In this document: piece by piece, positions 47,506 to 57,086 of the stretch
How positions within the stretch are numbered: position 1 is the first letter of the stretch
Layout of the letters: the number at the start of each line of letters is the position of its first letter
Source of the DNA: a virus
Strand: one strand, 5' to 3'
DNA length: 64,000 bases
Virus record (IMG/VR): IMGVR_UViG_3300036832_001373
Coordinates: 32,001-96,000 of that record
Notes under the pieces: generated by a model
What the model saw: only the letters and a program-made list of their open reading frames with translations
Told to the model about the DNA's origin: nothing
The model's database searches: none
Position numbers and translations under genes: made by a program

Positions 47506-48662
47506 GCTAACCCTAGATCCAAGCCTGCATCGTAGTCCGCTCCTTGACGTATTAGCGTATAGTTTTTCGTCACAGCAGTAGGTAAAATCATTGTTGAAAC
47601 TTCAGAAACAAAGTAGGATCCTTGAAATGGGGTAATAATTCCATCGTTTAAAACGAGAGAGTGAGGTTCCAGTAGAACATGATCTAGTAGTAATGCAGAT
47701 CTAGGGTACCGTGCTAGTATCTTAGCTTGAGTTGAGTACATACATTTAAATCTCAAATTTTGAACAGCAGCTCTATTGTAATTTGGGTGCTGATTGTCAG
47801 ACTTAAATGGCATAGTAGTAGCTCTCTGACTACCTATAGCATCAGATGCTATATTAGATAAAGAAGAAGCTAGTTGACCAATATCAGCGCTAACATCACC
47901 AAATCCTTTATCCAAATCGTACTCACCATTAGTAGAGCCATAGCCACCTAGAGTATTCAAGGTGCCAGAAATAGTTTCAAAAGTTGCATCAATTGTATCG
48001 TACATAATATCGTTAGCTGCTGGAGTATAATCTTGTGCGTATCTATTTAAAAACTTCCAAGAAGTACCACCACCAGATCTCGCATTAACATCATACATAC
48101 GAAGGGAACCATTAGCAAGAATAGCAATAACGAAACAAGAGAAATTAGAAGCCCAAGAGTGTGGAACTGTTTGAAAAATAAAGTCAATCCCTCTCTCGTT
48201 AGTACGCAACCAATACTGTACGTCAGAAGTTGCATCACAGTCTGGGGATAGCCCAGCGTCCCCTGCACAAGCAGCTATAGCATTAGCAGATGAAGTCTTA
48301 CCGTAGGACTTAATCCTAGCTCTAAACAAGTCATTAGCATCTAATCTTAATGAAAGAAAGTACTTAAACTCTGAGGTACCAGACCAAAGTCTTGAGTTAA
48401 ATACTTTCATTTTATAAAAACTAACATCAGGAGGATCCATTTGCATATCTGTAAGTGTAATATAAACTGGAGTACCGTCTACTGGAGGATTATCAAATAC
48501 GTATTTAGGACCACATGCAAATATAAATTCTCCAGTAGGATACTTAGCTTTACAACTCTCCATTATATCAATACGATCCAAGGCAGCCTGAGTCCAATCA
48601 ATAGACTCTCCTCTAATAGTTACTTCTAGAGCAAATCTATTTACGAGTAAACGAGTTCCCAT
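47502..48662 (-). CDS. Baseplate hub (gp27/gpD-like)
   Basis: Position upstream of spike; GSYFVSEV...YTLIR C-terminus. Confidence 0.65.
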   Translation of the reverse strand: MGTRLLVNRFALEVTIRGESIDWTQAALDRIDIMESCKAKYPTGEFIFACGPKYVFDNPPVDGTPVYITLTDMQMDPPDVSFYKMKVFNSRLWSGTSEFKYFLSLRLDANDLFRARIKSYGKTSSANAIAACAGDAGLSPDCDATSDVQYWLRTNERGIDFIFQTVPHSWASNFSCFVIAILANGSLRMYDVNARSGGGTSWKFLNRYAQDYTPAANDIMYDTIDATFETISGTLNTLGGYGSTNGEYDLDKGFGDVSADIGQLASSLSNIASDAIGSQRATTMPFKSDNQHPNYNRAAVQNLRFKCMYSTQAKILARYPRSALLLDHVLLEPHSLVLNDGIITPFQGSYFVSEVSTMILPTAVTKNYTLIRQGADYDAGLDLGLA

Positions 48663-48663
48663 A

Positions 48664-48879
48664 CTACTTGTTTTCTTGCTTCTCTTTTAACTGCTTCTCA
48701 AGCTCTAAAATTCTCTCATTAAGTTTTGCTACTTCAGCACCACAGAGTGCAGCTTCATTAGCTGCTCTATCTCTCTGATTTTGTAAAGGAATAAGTAAGT
48801 ATTTAGGATCAACTTGTTGAGCTAAACCAAATAAAGTACTTGAAATAAAGAGAGTAAGAACTATTACTATATACTTCAT
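48664..48879 (-). CDS. Small signal-peptide + coiled-coil protein
   Basis: MKYIVIVLTLFISSTLFGLA-QQ; heptad C-terminus. Confidence 0.6.
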   Translation of the reverse strand: MKYIVIVLTLFISSTLFGLAQQVDPKYLLIPLQNQRDRAANEAALCGAEVAKLNERILELEKQLKEKQENK

Positions 48880-49967
48880 GGGCAAGTTGCCTTTTTGTAA
48901 AAGTTTCCAGAAGAGTCCACACAAACATATAAACCACCTCCACCAGCACCACTAGGTAGGGTAAAAGTAGCACCACCGGTAGGTCCTATTGAAAAACCAT
49001 GTCCGTTAATCTGAGAAATTGAATAAGTCCCAGTAAACGTCATACCAACTGGAGTTGTTGAATTTTCTTTGAAACCAGCTTGAGAATGTGTAGTGGCTAA
49101 TAAACATCCGACACAAACTGCTACCAATGATGAACTGTCATTAATATCAATATCAGCAACATCTGCTATACGTGTTCCATTGAACAAGAGAGCATAATGA
49201 GATCCTACTCCAGAGCCAGCCTGACCACCATCAGTTATAGCTACATACGCAGTAACAGGATTGGATATCTGTCCACTGATAAATAATCCATAACAATTCC
49301 TTATAGCAATAGCACAATCTGCACCTTGATTAGAAATATCTAACTCTGTATTAACCTTAAAACCACCAGTATCTCCAGCATGAAGAACAAAATCTATAGA
49401 TTGTGCCCAGCTAGCTCCACCAGAATTGGAATCTGTAACAGTCGAGATAAAATTACATACCTTATTATCAGAGAAATTACCTGGACCAACCGGAGTACCA
49501 CCTTTACCTGAATTTAAATTACAGTCAACCGTCATAATATATTCAGCTATACTAGAGTCCTGAGTTGTAGTACCTTTTAAATAAAAGGCTGATCTTTGGT
49601 GATCCCCTTCAAGACATCCAATCAATGGACAATTTGTAAAAATAGCTCCACTGCCAGACATCCAGAGACCGTTATTCGGAAGAGTAGTATCAGGACAAGT
49701 TGTGCTACTACAAATTGACGCCGTAATCGTAGCTGGTGTGGTTAATTGATTTGGTAGTATAACGGATCCAGTAGTAGCATCAAGTTTACTCATGAAAGCT
49801 TGGTTTAGACTAAGAGGATTAGCTGGAGAAGTATTTTGACATATTGGATTTGGATAATTGGCACATAGAGGTGCTCCTTCAACAAATCCTGGATTACTTT
49901 GTGCCAATACAGATGGTATCCACAGAAATATTGTTAATATACTCAGTACTAGTTTATCCCAAGACAT
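48876..49967 (-). CDS. Signal-peptide-bearing, Cys-rich beta-structured protein (spike/adhesin-like)
   Basis: MSWDKLVLSILTIFLWIPSVLA-QS; many Cys; ends YVCVDSSGNFYKKATCP. Confidence 0.65.
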   Translation of the reverse strand: MSWDKLVLSILTIFLWIPSVLAQSNPGFVEGAPLCANYPNPICQNTSPANPLSLNQAFMSKLDATTGSVILPNQLTTPATITASICSSTTCPDTTLPNNGLWMSGSGAIFTNCPLIGCLEGDHQRSAFYLKGTTTQDSSIAEYIMTVDCNLNSGKGGTPVGPGNFSDNKVCNFISTVTDSNSGGASWAQSIDFVLHAGDTGGFKVNTELDISNQGADCAIAIRNCYGLFISGQISNPVTAYVAITDGGQAGSGVGSHYALLFNGTRIADVADIDINDSSSLVAVCVGCLLATTHSQAGFKENSTTPVGMTFTGTYSISQINGHGFSIGPTGGATFTLPSGAGGGGLYVCVDSSGNFYKKATCP

Positions 49968-50439
49968 TTGTACCTCCTAACTTGCTTTCTCCTAGAGTAA
50001 AAGTCTGAGAAGGAGTTGCAGCGACTCTCCTAGAACTAGGAGGACTTCCTTGTGGAACAACTGGAGTGGAAGTAAATTTTATCAATCTAAGCTGAGTAGT
50101 TCTCTGATTAATCTGAGATAAGAAACTGGATATATCGTCAGAACTTGGTATGTAAATATTAGTTCCAATTTCAATTTCAGTATCAGGAGTTATCATTTGA
50201 TTAGCAATTGATAGTATCCACCACAAGTCGTGTGTACCGTATTCTTGATGTGAAATTAAGTCTGGTACACCCTCCTTGGCAGCATCAATTCTACGAACTT
50301 GTCCAATAGAATTTCTTAAAAAGTAAGGTAAGTCTGTCCAGAAGAATGTGTAGGGGTCTAATATAGTATTCCCATTTGGATCAACAGCTGTCTTAAAGAA
50401 GTTATCTATTGAATATGGACGAGTTACGTTTGTAGCCAT
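49954..50439 (-). CDS. Baseplate wedge gp53/LysM-like protein
   Basis: PDLISHQEYGTHDLWWILSIAN...GTNIYIP. Confidence 0.85.
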   Translation of the reverse strand: MATNVTRPYSIDNFFKTAVDPNGNTILDPYTFFWTDLPYFLRNSIGQVRRIDAAKEGVPDLISHQEYGTHDLWWILSIANQMITPDTEIEIGTNIYIPSSDDISSFLSQINQRTTQLRLIKFTSTPVVPQGSPPSSRRVAATPSQTFTLGESKLGGTNVLG

Positions 50440-51197
50440 TATTCTGTCAGGAATGGAGGAGGTCTTGCCTCACCTGGATTAGTCGTACCTACCCCAGCAG
50501 GTAACAATATGTCCATCATATCATTTTGTGTAAGAGAGTACACAGTCTTAAAGCTAACATAGCAAGTTCCCTCCATAGGGAGACCACCAGGATCCACTCC
50601 TGGAACCGTTGCACTTAGTTTCCCTTTGAAGGCAATCTGATCTAGACTAGATATAAATACTTCCTTCAATCTTATAAAATTACCTATATACACATTAATG
50701 ATATCAGGTTCGTTATTAAACTTGAAAGCACTAGGGAGATGTTCACTCACTTGTCCTGGATCAACTCTCGGACCTGGAGGTATTAGTCCGAACAGAGTAT
50801 TATTACCTCCTCTTTTTCTAGGTAACGCCATTCTAATCAAATTTCTTATTGGTCTAACTACTTCGTCAGTTGAACTTGATACAGCAAAGAAATGTAGAGG
50901 TAATATTACTTCTAACGGCATTGACCCAGTCCAAGACTGGGCAGTTAAGTATTGAGCAAATGGTACAGATCCAGTAATAATATTACCTACAAAACTAGTA
51001 AGAGCGTCTAGACCATTTGTAAGAACAGTATTCCAATTGGATTGAACTTTCATAGCTATCTCATCAGGTAGCCAAGCTTGAACCGATCCGTATACAGATG
51101 AGGTTATTATAACTAAGTAAAACTTATTCTGACCGAATAGTTTAGTAACTCCCCAATCCCCATAATCAACTATTCGTGCTGGTAGTTGGTCTGGCAT
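50439..51197 (-). CDS. Tail tube initiator/baseplate-tube junction (gp48/gp54-like)
   Basis: Position after TMP; tube-like beta pattern (LIPPGP, VYIGNFI, GLPMEG). Confidence 0.6.
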   Translation of the reverse strand: MPDQLPARIVDYGDWGVTKLFGQNKFYLVIITSSVYGSVQAWLPDEIAMKVQSNWNTVLTNGLDALTSFVGNIITGSVPFAQYLTAQSWTGSMPLEVILPLHFFAVSSSTDEVVRPIRNLIRMALPRKRGGNNTLFGLIPPGPRVDPGQVSEHLPSAFKFNNEPDIINVYIGNFIRLKEVFISSLDQIAFKGKLSATVPGVDPGGLPMEGTCYVSFKTVYSLTQNDMMDILLPAGVGTTNPGEARPPPFLTE

Positions 51198-51209
51198 TTT
51201 AACCTCTCG

Positions 51210-54200
51210 TCAGAAACCTGATCCTGTTGAAGCCATAACTAGTGCCACATCTGAGGAGACAAATTTATGGGATGGTTGTTGTTGATTAGTAGCTCTGTGA
51301 TCTCTACCTTGGCCACCTGCCTGTGGTTTACGTTGAGACTTTTCTTGAGTTTTAGAATGCTGCTCTTTAAGCCGACTAACATCATTTTCTAATGATGCTT
51401 TTGAAGGTCCACCACCCTTAACATTAAGATTAGTAGGACTTTGAGAAAGTCCTCTAGTCTTAGCAGTACTCGGTATAGAACTTTCTCCTGTAGAAGTAAA
51501 ACCAGTAGACTCTAGCTCAGCCCTTTTAGTAGCTAACTGCTGCTGAATAAATTCGCTATGTTTACTTGACAAATTAAATCTTTCAGCAATACCTTCTGAA
51601 GGTTGTCTACCGGCTGTGACGCCCTCAGGTAAATTAGCTCCAATATATTTAAGATATGAACCTCCTTTAACATCTGACTCTTTCATAGAGCCAAATACCA
51701 TCTTCGAAGCAGGTGCGTTATAGTCTAATACCTCACCTTTTCCTGGGTTTGGACCTGTGTCAGAATGTCGTAGAATAAATGATTGTCCAGCATTTACTCC
51801 TTCCTTCGGCGTATTAAGATAGTACCCACCTAGAGTTTCACGACCTTTTCCAGGAAAATTATGATATCCAAATGCAATTCCTGGCGTCTCAGCAGGTAAA
51901 TGACTTGCCGCGGCAGTTGTTGGCTGAGTTCGATCCGTATAAGACTCCCCACTAACTGGATCAGTATATGTAACAGAACTAAGTCGTTTACCTTCTGGAC
52001 CGGTATAATAAATTGTAGAACGAGTTGGTTCATATGTCTTACTAAGGAGCGGACTGGTACTAGGATCACCTTGATAGAAAGGACGAAATATACCACCGCC
52101 CTTAGGAGTACCAACCCCAGGTCTACTACTTGGAAGTGGGGCTACTGTAGCTCCTCCTTCTGGACGAGACTTAAGCAACTCAGGTCCTTCGTCTCCAACT
52201 AGAACAGTTTCTCCGGGAGAAACCTCTCCTCCTTCTGCCAAAGCTCTTATAGAACCTTGATTAGAAGCGAACTGTGTATTACCTCGAATGTCATCGGAAT
52301 GAACTGGACGATTACCAGCTTTGTGGTGACTTATATTATGATGAGCATGATGATTTCTATGATGAACTCCGTGATGTTGTCCGTGGAAGGATCTATGGTG
52401 TTGTCCATGATGTCTTCCATGGTGAGAACCATGAGCAGTAGCATGTCTTATATGGTGGCGTCCATGGCGACGTCCACGACCTTCTCCATGAGAAGGAACT
52501 TTACCTAGAGTATGTAGAGGATGCAGGTCACTAGTTTCAGATCCATGTACATCATCTGGACGCTCTCTTGGTAGAGGTACATCCTCAGTAGGCTGACTGG
52601 CCATTGTAGTAGTAACTTCCGGTTCTGATTTTATCGCTGATCTAGTATCACCAGGATGAGACATAAACCCAGGACCATGCCTTGCAGTCTGACCTTTTAC
52701 GGCTATACTTTCGTCTACTTTTGCTGAATAACCAGTTGCAGACTGGGCACCAGAACCTGCTGCTGAGATATCTCTAGTAGTACTAGAAGTCTCGGTTATA
52801 TCAGTCGGCCTTGACCTAGGAGTCGGAACAAGTCCACCAGGTCCGTCTCTACCAGGTCTAGCTCTAGGCAGAGGTATTCTTTCTGCTTGTGGTACATCAA
52901 TAAGATCCTTAGTGTATGGAAGATTAGCTTTACGAACTTCACCCTTTAACCATTCTTTGTAGTAAGGTTCCATCTCCTCTTCTCTTGGAGCTCTTCCAAG
53001 CTTCCTACGAAGCATCTCTTGAGTTGATCCATAATCCCAACCTGGGTCTTTCCAGACTGGACGACGAAGAGTTTCAAGATCTCTCATCATTTCTGGAGAA
53101 ATTTGTTGAGGACCACGACCAGTATGAGGAGTTCCTGGAGGAGAAGTGTTAGCTGGGCTAGTTGCTCTTATGTCTGGATCGTAAGTCATACTAGCTTTTT
53201 TAGCACTAGTATGTGGCTTACCAGGAGGAGAAGAAGGAGTGGCAACTTTTGGAGTTTCTCCAGCAGCTCTTCTTCTTTCTTCCTCACCTACTACATGGGC
53301 CGGATAAGGATCCTTAGAGTGAACTGGAGGTGTATCAGTAGTAGTAGTAGTAGCTGTTTCCGTGGCTGGTTTCCCTGGAGCTTTACCTACAGGATAATTT
53401 CCTTCACGATAATTCTTACCCATTGGTATACTTTGAGCTTGATCCCAACCATGAGGTATGACTCTTTCTCCTTGCATAGTGCCAGTAGCAGTCCTACCAG
53501 TCTGCCATCCTCCAGCTGCCATACGACCAGGACCAGCGAGATCACTATGCATAGTATCCATTACACCATAACCACCAGGCCCATGTAAGAAATACCCTCC
53601 CCATCTATGTCGAGCAGCTAATTGAGGATTTGTTTTCTGTAGTTCTGTATGGATATCTTGATGAAATTGTTCGTACATACGATACTGACTAGGATCCTGA
53701 TAGTTATTTAGCATTTTTCCATCAGGACCAATAATTCTAAAATCAGTAGCACTTCCTCCTCTGTGGGGACCTTGGTTACGTTGACCTGAATAAGCTTCTA
53801 TGCGATACCCTTCTGGTAGATATGCTGAAGCTCTCCTGGCAGCTTCTACAAGTGCTCCTCTATTAGGATCACCTCCCATAGAATAATTTCCTACAGTAGA
53901 AAGTCTTTCCTTTCCGGCTACTCCTCCGGCTACTCCTCCACCTCCACCACCAGTTCCTTGAGGAATTTCTACATGAGGAGAATATGGACCGTAGCCAGTA
54001 ACTGTTCCTCCTCCTGAAGGTTTATAACCTGTAGCTGCTTTGCCAGCTTCACCTAAATGTTTAATAGTTTCATCAGGTCTTCTTATAGAACCAAAGATAT
54101 CTCCCATTGCGGCGATACCTTTTCCTGATCCTCCTCTCCAATGAGTTCCTGGTCCTCTTACACGATCTTCTGCGTATTTTACAAAAGCAGTAGAAGCAAC

Positions 54201-55994
54201 ATCAGGATCGTAAGCATTTCCTCCTCCCCATTTCTTAGCTTGACCTTGATCAAATTGATATAATCCAAATGATGTGGCGTCAGCACCCCTACCATGAGGC
54301 CCAAGCTTTGCGTTTAGATTAGACTCTTGAATCGCATTTGCAACACCAAATCTAGCCCATTCATCAGCAGAACCAGTTTTTATACCGTATTTAGCTCCAT
54401 CTGGAGGTATGTATCCAATCAATTTAGAGTTACTAAATTTCTGGTATAGATTTGCATATAATTCTTTTGCATCAACATGACCCGACTTATCAGCAACTAG
54501 CTTTCCAACTGGACCTCCAGAGGTTTGAGCTGGACCTCTAGGCATATCTCCTTCTGGAACTTGAGACCCAGGTTGGAAATGCCCTCCTGGTTTTACACCT
54601 AGAGCTTCACCTAATGTTCTGAGAGGTTTGTTTACATCACCAGTAACGTCAGACCCTTGGACTTGATCAGCTGGAGTGGTATCAGTTCCACCAGGAGTAT
54701 CACTACCTCCAGGCCCACTGCCTCCAGGTCCACCACCTCCTCGTCTACCACGTCCACCAAGTCCAGGAAGTCCTCCCATACCACCTCCAGGAAGACCTCC
54801 TCCACCCCCTCCACCTCCACCTCCACCACCACCGCCAGCTCCTCCACCTAAAGACTGGCCAGGAGGTGTGTAGGCTGCTAGTTGTACTCTTCCTCCTTGA
54901 TCTCGATTTAACAATTCCATTAGAAGTGCATTTAATTGACTAGATTCCTGACCTCTACTTCCTCTAAGGCTTTGGACTTCCGCAGCTAATGCTGCTAAAC
55001 CTTGTTGGTTAGCTGTAGGACTATTACCACCATTTCCAAGTGGAACAATAGCTTCCGGACCTGCCTCACCTACCATCGCCAGGGTAGGTCCCGTGACGAT
55101 ACCCCCTTGTTGGAAAGCTCGAAAAGGGACTTGACTACCGCCACGACGTAATGGCCGAAGAGTTCTATATGCAGATTCATTAGAAGGAGGAAGTCCGGGA
55201 GGAGTTGATGGAGGAGGTGATTGAGGAGTCTTTGACGGTGGTTGGTTAAATATATTAGGGTTAAATTCAGGCATCCCTTGTTTAAATTGATTCCACCAAC
55301 TAAAGTTTTCTGGCACTGGCATCTTAGCCAATTCATTAGCACGTCTTTGAAAATCCCACGCAGCAAAAGCTACAGCAAAGCCACCAAATAGAGCTTTTCC
55401 CATAATAGCAGCTTCGGCTAAAATTGATTTTGTAAAAGCTCCTCCGATAGCACCTCCGATAGCACTACCAATAGTACTCTCAGCTATGCTACCAGCAACT
55501 GACGTTCCAATTGACCCTAAAAGTCTAGAAGTTAGTGAAGCTACTATACCTTTTGAGTTGTCAGGATCCAAGAAGCCTCTAATTTTACGGAGATCGTCTG
55601 GAGTCTTACTTAAACCCTTAAGAGCATCAAAGCCGTGTTTTAATGTAACTCCCATTTGCCTCATTTCACTAAAGTTTTCTTGAAAACCTTTTACTAAAAT
55701 CCCTAATGTAGGATTAATTGCTCCTACGACATTCCCTACTGGGCGTCCAAATCCTTGGCCATAACCTGCCTGTTCCACGAAACTTCTAGCAAAGGGATTT
55801 CTCCTACCACCTCCTGGTGAACCACGACCTAAGTTATCTTCTAAGGTTTGGTCTAGACGTTCAAAGTTTCTATTTAGTTTTCTAAGTTCATCTCTTAAAC
55901 TAGAGATGGTGTCATCATATGATGGACCTTCTGGTCCACCTCCAGGTGGAGATGGCTGACCACCTGAAAGTGTAGACTTATTAGCTTGAGCCAT
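51210..55994 (-). CDS. Tape measure-like protein with several peptidoglycan-hydrolase domains
   Basis: Follows chaperone; GG.V....VGE.GPE twice; QES..GLYQF (SLT), H-x6-D...WGG...H (M15-like), DTGP..VLD (DPBB-like). Confidence 0.8.
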   Translation of the reverse strand: MAQANKSTLSGGQPSPPGGGPEGPSYDDTISSLRDELRKLNRNFERLDQTLEDNLGRGSPGGGRRNPFARSFVEQAGYGQGFGRPVGNVVGAINPTLGILVKGFQENFSEMRQMGVTLKHGFDALKGLSKTPDDLRKIRGFLDPDNSKGIVASLTSRLLGSIGTSVAGSIAESTIGSAIGGAIGGAFTKSILAEAAIMGKALFGGFAVAFAAWDFQRRANELAKMPVPENFSWWNQFKQGMPEFNPNIFNQPPSKTPQSPPPSTPPGLPPSNESAYRTLRPLRRGGSQVPFRAFQQGGIVTGPTLAMVGEAGPEAIVPLGNGGNSPTANQQGLAALAAEVQSLRGSRGQESSQLNALLMELLNRDQGGRVQLAAYTPPGQSLGGGAGGGGGGGGGGGGGGLPGGGMGGLPGLGGRGRRGGGGPGGSGPGGSDTPGGTDTTPADQVQGSDVTGDVNKPLRTLGEALGVKPGGHFQPGSQVPEGDMPRGPAQTSGGPVGKLVADKSGHVDAKELYANLYQKFSNSKLIGYIPPDGAKYGIKTGSADEWARFGVANAIQESNLNAKLGPHGRGADATSFGLYQFDQGQAKKWGGGNAYDPDVASTAFVKYAEDRVRGPGTHWRGGSGKGIAAMGDIFGSIRRPDETIKHLGEAGKAATGYKPSGGGTVTGYGPYSPHVEIPQGTGGGGGGVAGGVAGKERLSTVGNYSMGGDPNRGALVEAARRASAYLPEGYRIEAYSGQRNQGPHRGGSATDFRIIGPDGKMLNNYQDPSQYRMYEQFHQDIHTELQKTNPQLAARHRWGGYFLHGPGGYGVMDTMHSDLAGPGRMAAGGWQTGRTATGTMQGERVIPHGWDQAQSIPMGKNYREGNYPVGKAPGKPATETATTTTTDTPPVHSKDPYPAHVVGEEERRRAAGETPKVATPSSPPGKPHTSAKKASMTYDPDIRATSPANTSPPGTPHTGRGPQQISPEMMRDLETLRRPVWKDPGWDYGSTQEMLRRKLGRAPREEEMEPYYKEWLKGEVRKANLPYTKDLIDVPQAERIPLPRARPGRDGPGGLVPTPRSRPTDITETSSTTRDISAAGSGAQSATGYSAKVDESIAVKGQTARHGPGFMSHPGDTRSAIKSEPEVTTTMASQPTEDVPLPRERPDDVHGSETSDLHPLHTLGKVPSHGEGRGRRHGRHHIRHATAHGSHHGRHHGQHHRSFHGQHHGVHHRNHHAHHNISHHKAGNRPVHSDDIRGNTQFASNQGSIRALAEGGEVSPGETVLVGDEGPELLKSRPEGGATVAPLPSSRPGVGTPKGGGIFRPFYQGDPSTSPLLSKTYEPTRSTIYYTGPEGKRLSSVTYTDPVSGESYTDRTQPTTAAASHLPAETPGIAFGYHNFPGKGRETLGGYYLNTPKEGVNAGQSFILRHSDTGPNPGKGEVLDYNAPASKMVFGSMKESDVKGGSYLKYIGANLPEGVTAGRQPSEGIAERFNLSSKHSEFIQQQLATKRAELESTGFTSTGESSIPSTAKTRGLSQSPTNLNVKGGGPSKASLENDVSRLKEQHSKTQEKSQRKPQAGGQGRDHRATNQQQPSHKFVSSDVALVMASTGSGF

Positions 55995-56004
55995 GACTTA
56001 CTCT

Positions 56005-57042
56005 CTAGCCTCGCTTTACTATAGAATCGAAGCGCGCAGGTCCAGGACCAACATCTAACTCCACCTGTGCCTCGTGGCGAACCTCTTCAAGAATTCTATT
56101 TGCTAGCTTATCAGACTGCTCTTTAGTTATAATTGGAGTTACTGTCTTGCTCTCGCCATTAGAGTTTGCTCCTCTAGCTGAGCCTTCGCTTTGGATAGGT
56201 TGTCTAGTTCTGCTTGGTGGCGTCTCTGGAACCAGATTAGGTGTGGAAACGACTGGTTCTGCTGTTCGCTTAGCTGCATGCTTAAGTGATTTAGTAGAAA
56301 GTATTCTAGTTCTAATATCTGCGAAGTCGGAATCAGTGGGAAAAAATTCCAGTACTGAAAACCGAAAGGATACTGTTCGGGGTTCTCCACACTTAGAGCA
56401 TTTACACTCCATAGTATTATCAGGACCGTATCTAAACAGTCTCTTAAATCCTTCGATAACAAAAACGTCTTCTGGAGAAAATACGTTATTGATTAATTCC
56501 CATTTTTCTAGTGGCGTATGGCCATTATCGAATTCCATCATGCATAGCAGTTCCGCCTTGCGGAAGTGGCCTTCGTTGGGATTGTCGATTGAGAGCATCT
56601 TGACCTGGTTGGCTGCGCTAACGTCATCAACTTCTTTAGGAAGCCTAAAGATCATCTGATGACCGCAGGGTAGGTCAAGGCCAACTCCGTCTAGGGGATA
56701 GTCGTCTGCGACTGACGGAGATACAATTTTTGTGAGATCTAATTTACTTGAGTTTTGAGACTGGCAGGTAGGGCACTGCCAAGGAAGATTATATGGAAAA
56801 TGAGAGTAGGAATTTACTCTCTGCCAGTAAACTATGAAAAGAAAATCTGGCTCGTAGAGTTCTTCTACCTTTATTCCTTTTAACGTATTCTCTATTAAAG
56901 TCCGTAAAGCAGGAATAGATCCAGTACGTCTTATGATATAGTAATTCTCTACTTCGGAAGGACCAAATTGACGTATTGATACTTCTTTTTGATAGAGACG
57001 TGCTCCAGGTAGAGTAAGTGGATGATACTGCATCCCAGCCAT
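56005..57042 (-). CDS. Tail/baseplate hub assembly chaperone (T4 gp26-like)
   Basis: CPTC, FRLP, CSKC, EFFP; lies between tube and TMP. Confidence 0.75.
   Translation of the reverse strand: MAGMQYHPLTLPGARLYQKEVSIRQFGPSEVENYYIIRRTGSIPALRTLIENTLKGIKVEELYEPDFLFIVYWQRVNSYSHFPYNLPWQCPTCQSQNSSKLDLTKIVSPSVADDYPLDGVGLDLPCGHQMIFRLPKEVDDVSAANQVKMLSIDNPNEGHFRKAELLCMMEFDNGHTPLEKWELINNVFSPEDVFVIEGFKRLFRYGPDNTMECKCSKCGEPRTVSFRFSVLEFFPTDSDFADIRTRILSTKSLKHAAKRTAEPVVSTPNLVPETPPSRTRQPIQSEGSARGANSNGESKTVTPIITKEQSDKLANRILEEVRHEAQVELDVGPGPARFDSIVKRG
56139..56346 (-). CDS. Probable +1 frameshift extension of the chaperone (gp51/gpT-like domain)
   Basis: TTT TTT CCC A reads FFP in both frames; +1 frame gives QILELEYFLLNHLSMQLSE...LIWF. 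Confidence 0.6.
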
Positions 57043-57086
57043 AGTCTTTTCCTTTCAGTGTTACAGCACATTCTTAGACCACTAGT

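Noticed and set aside
51830-55683. Multiple antisense/alternate ORFs in the TMP gene (poly-Pro, poly-Ser/Thr)
   Set aside because: Shadows of GGA/GGT Gly-rich codons
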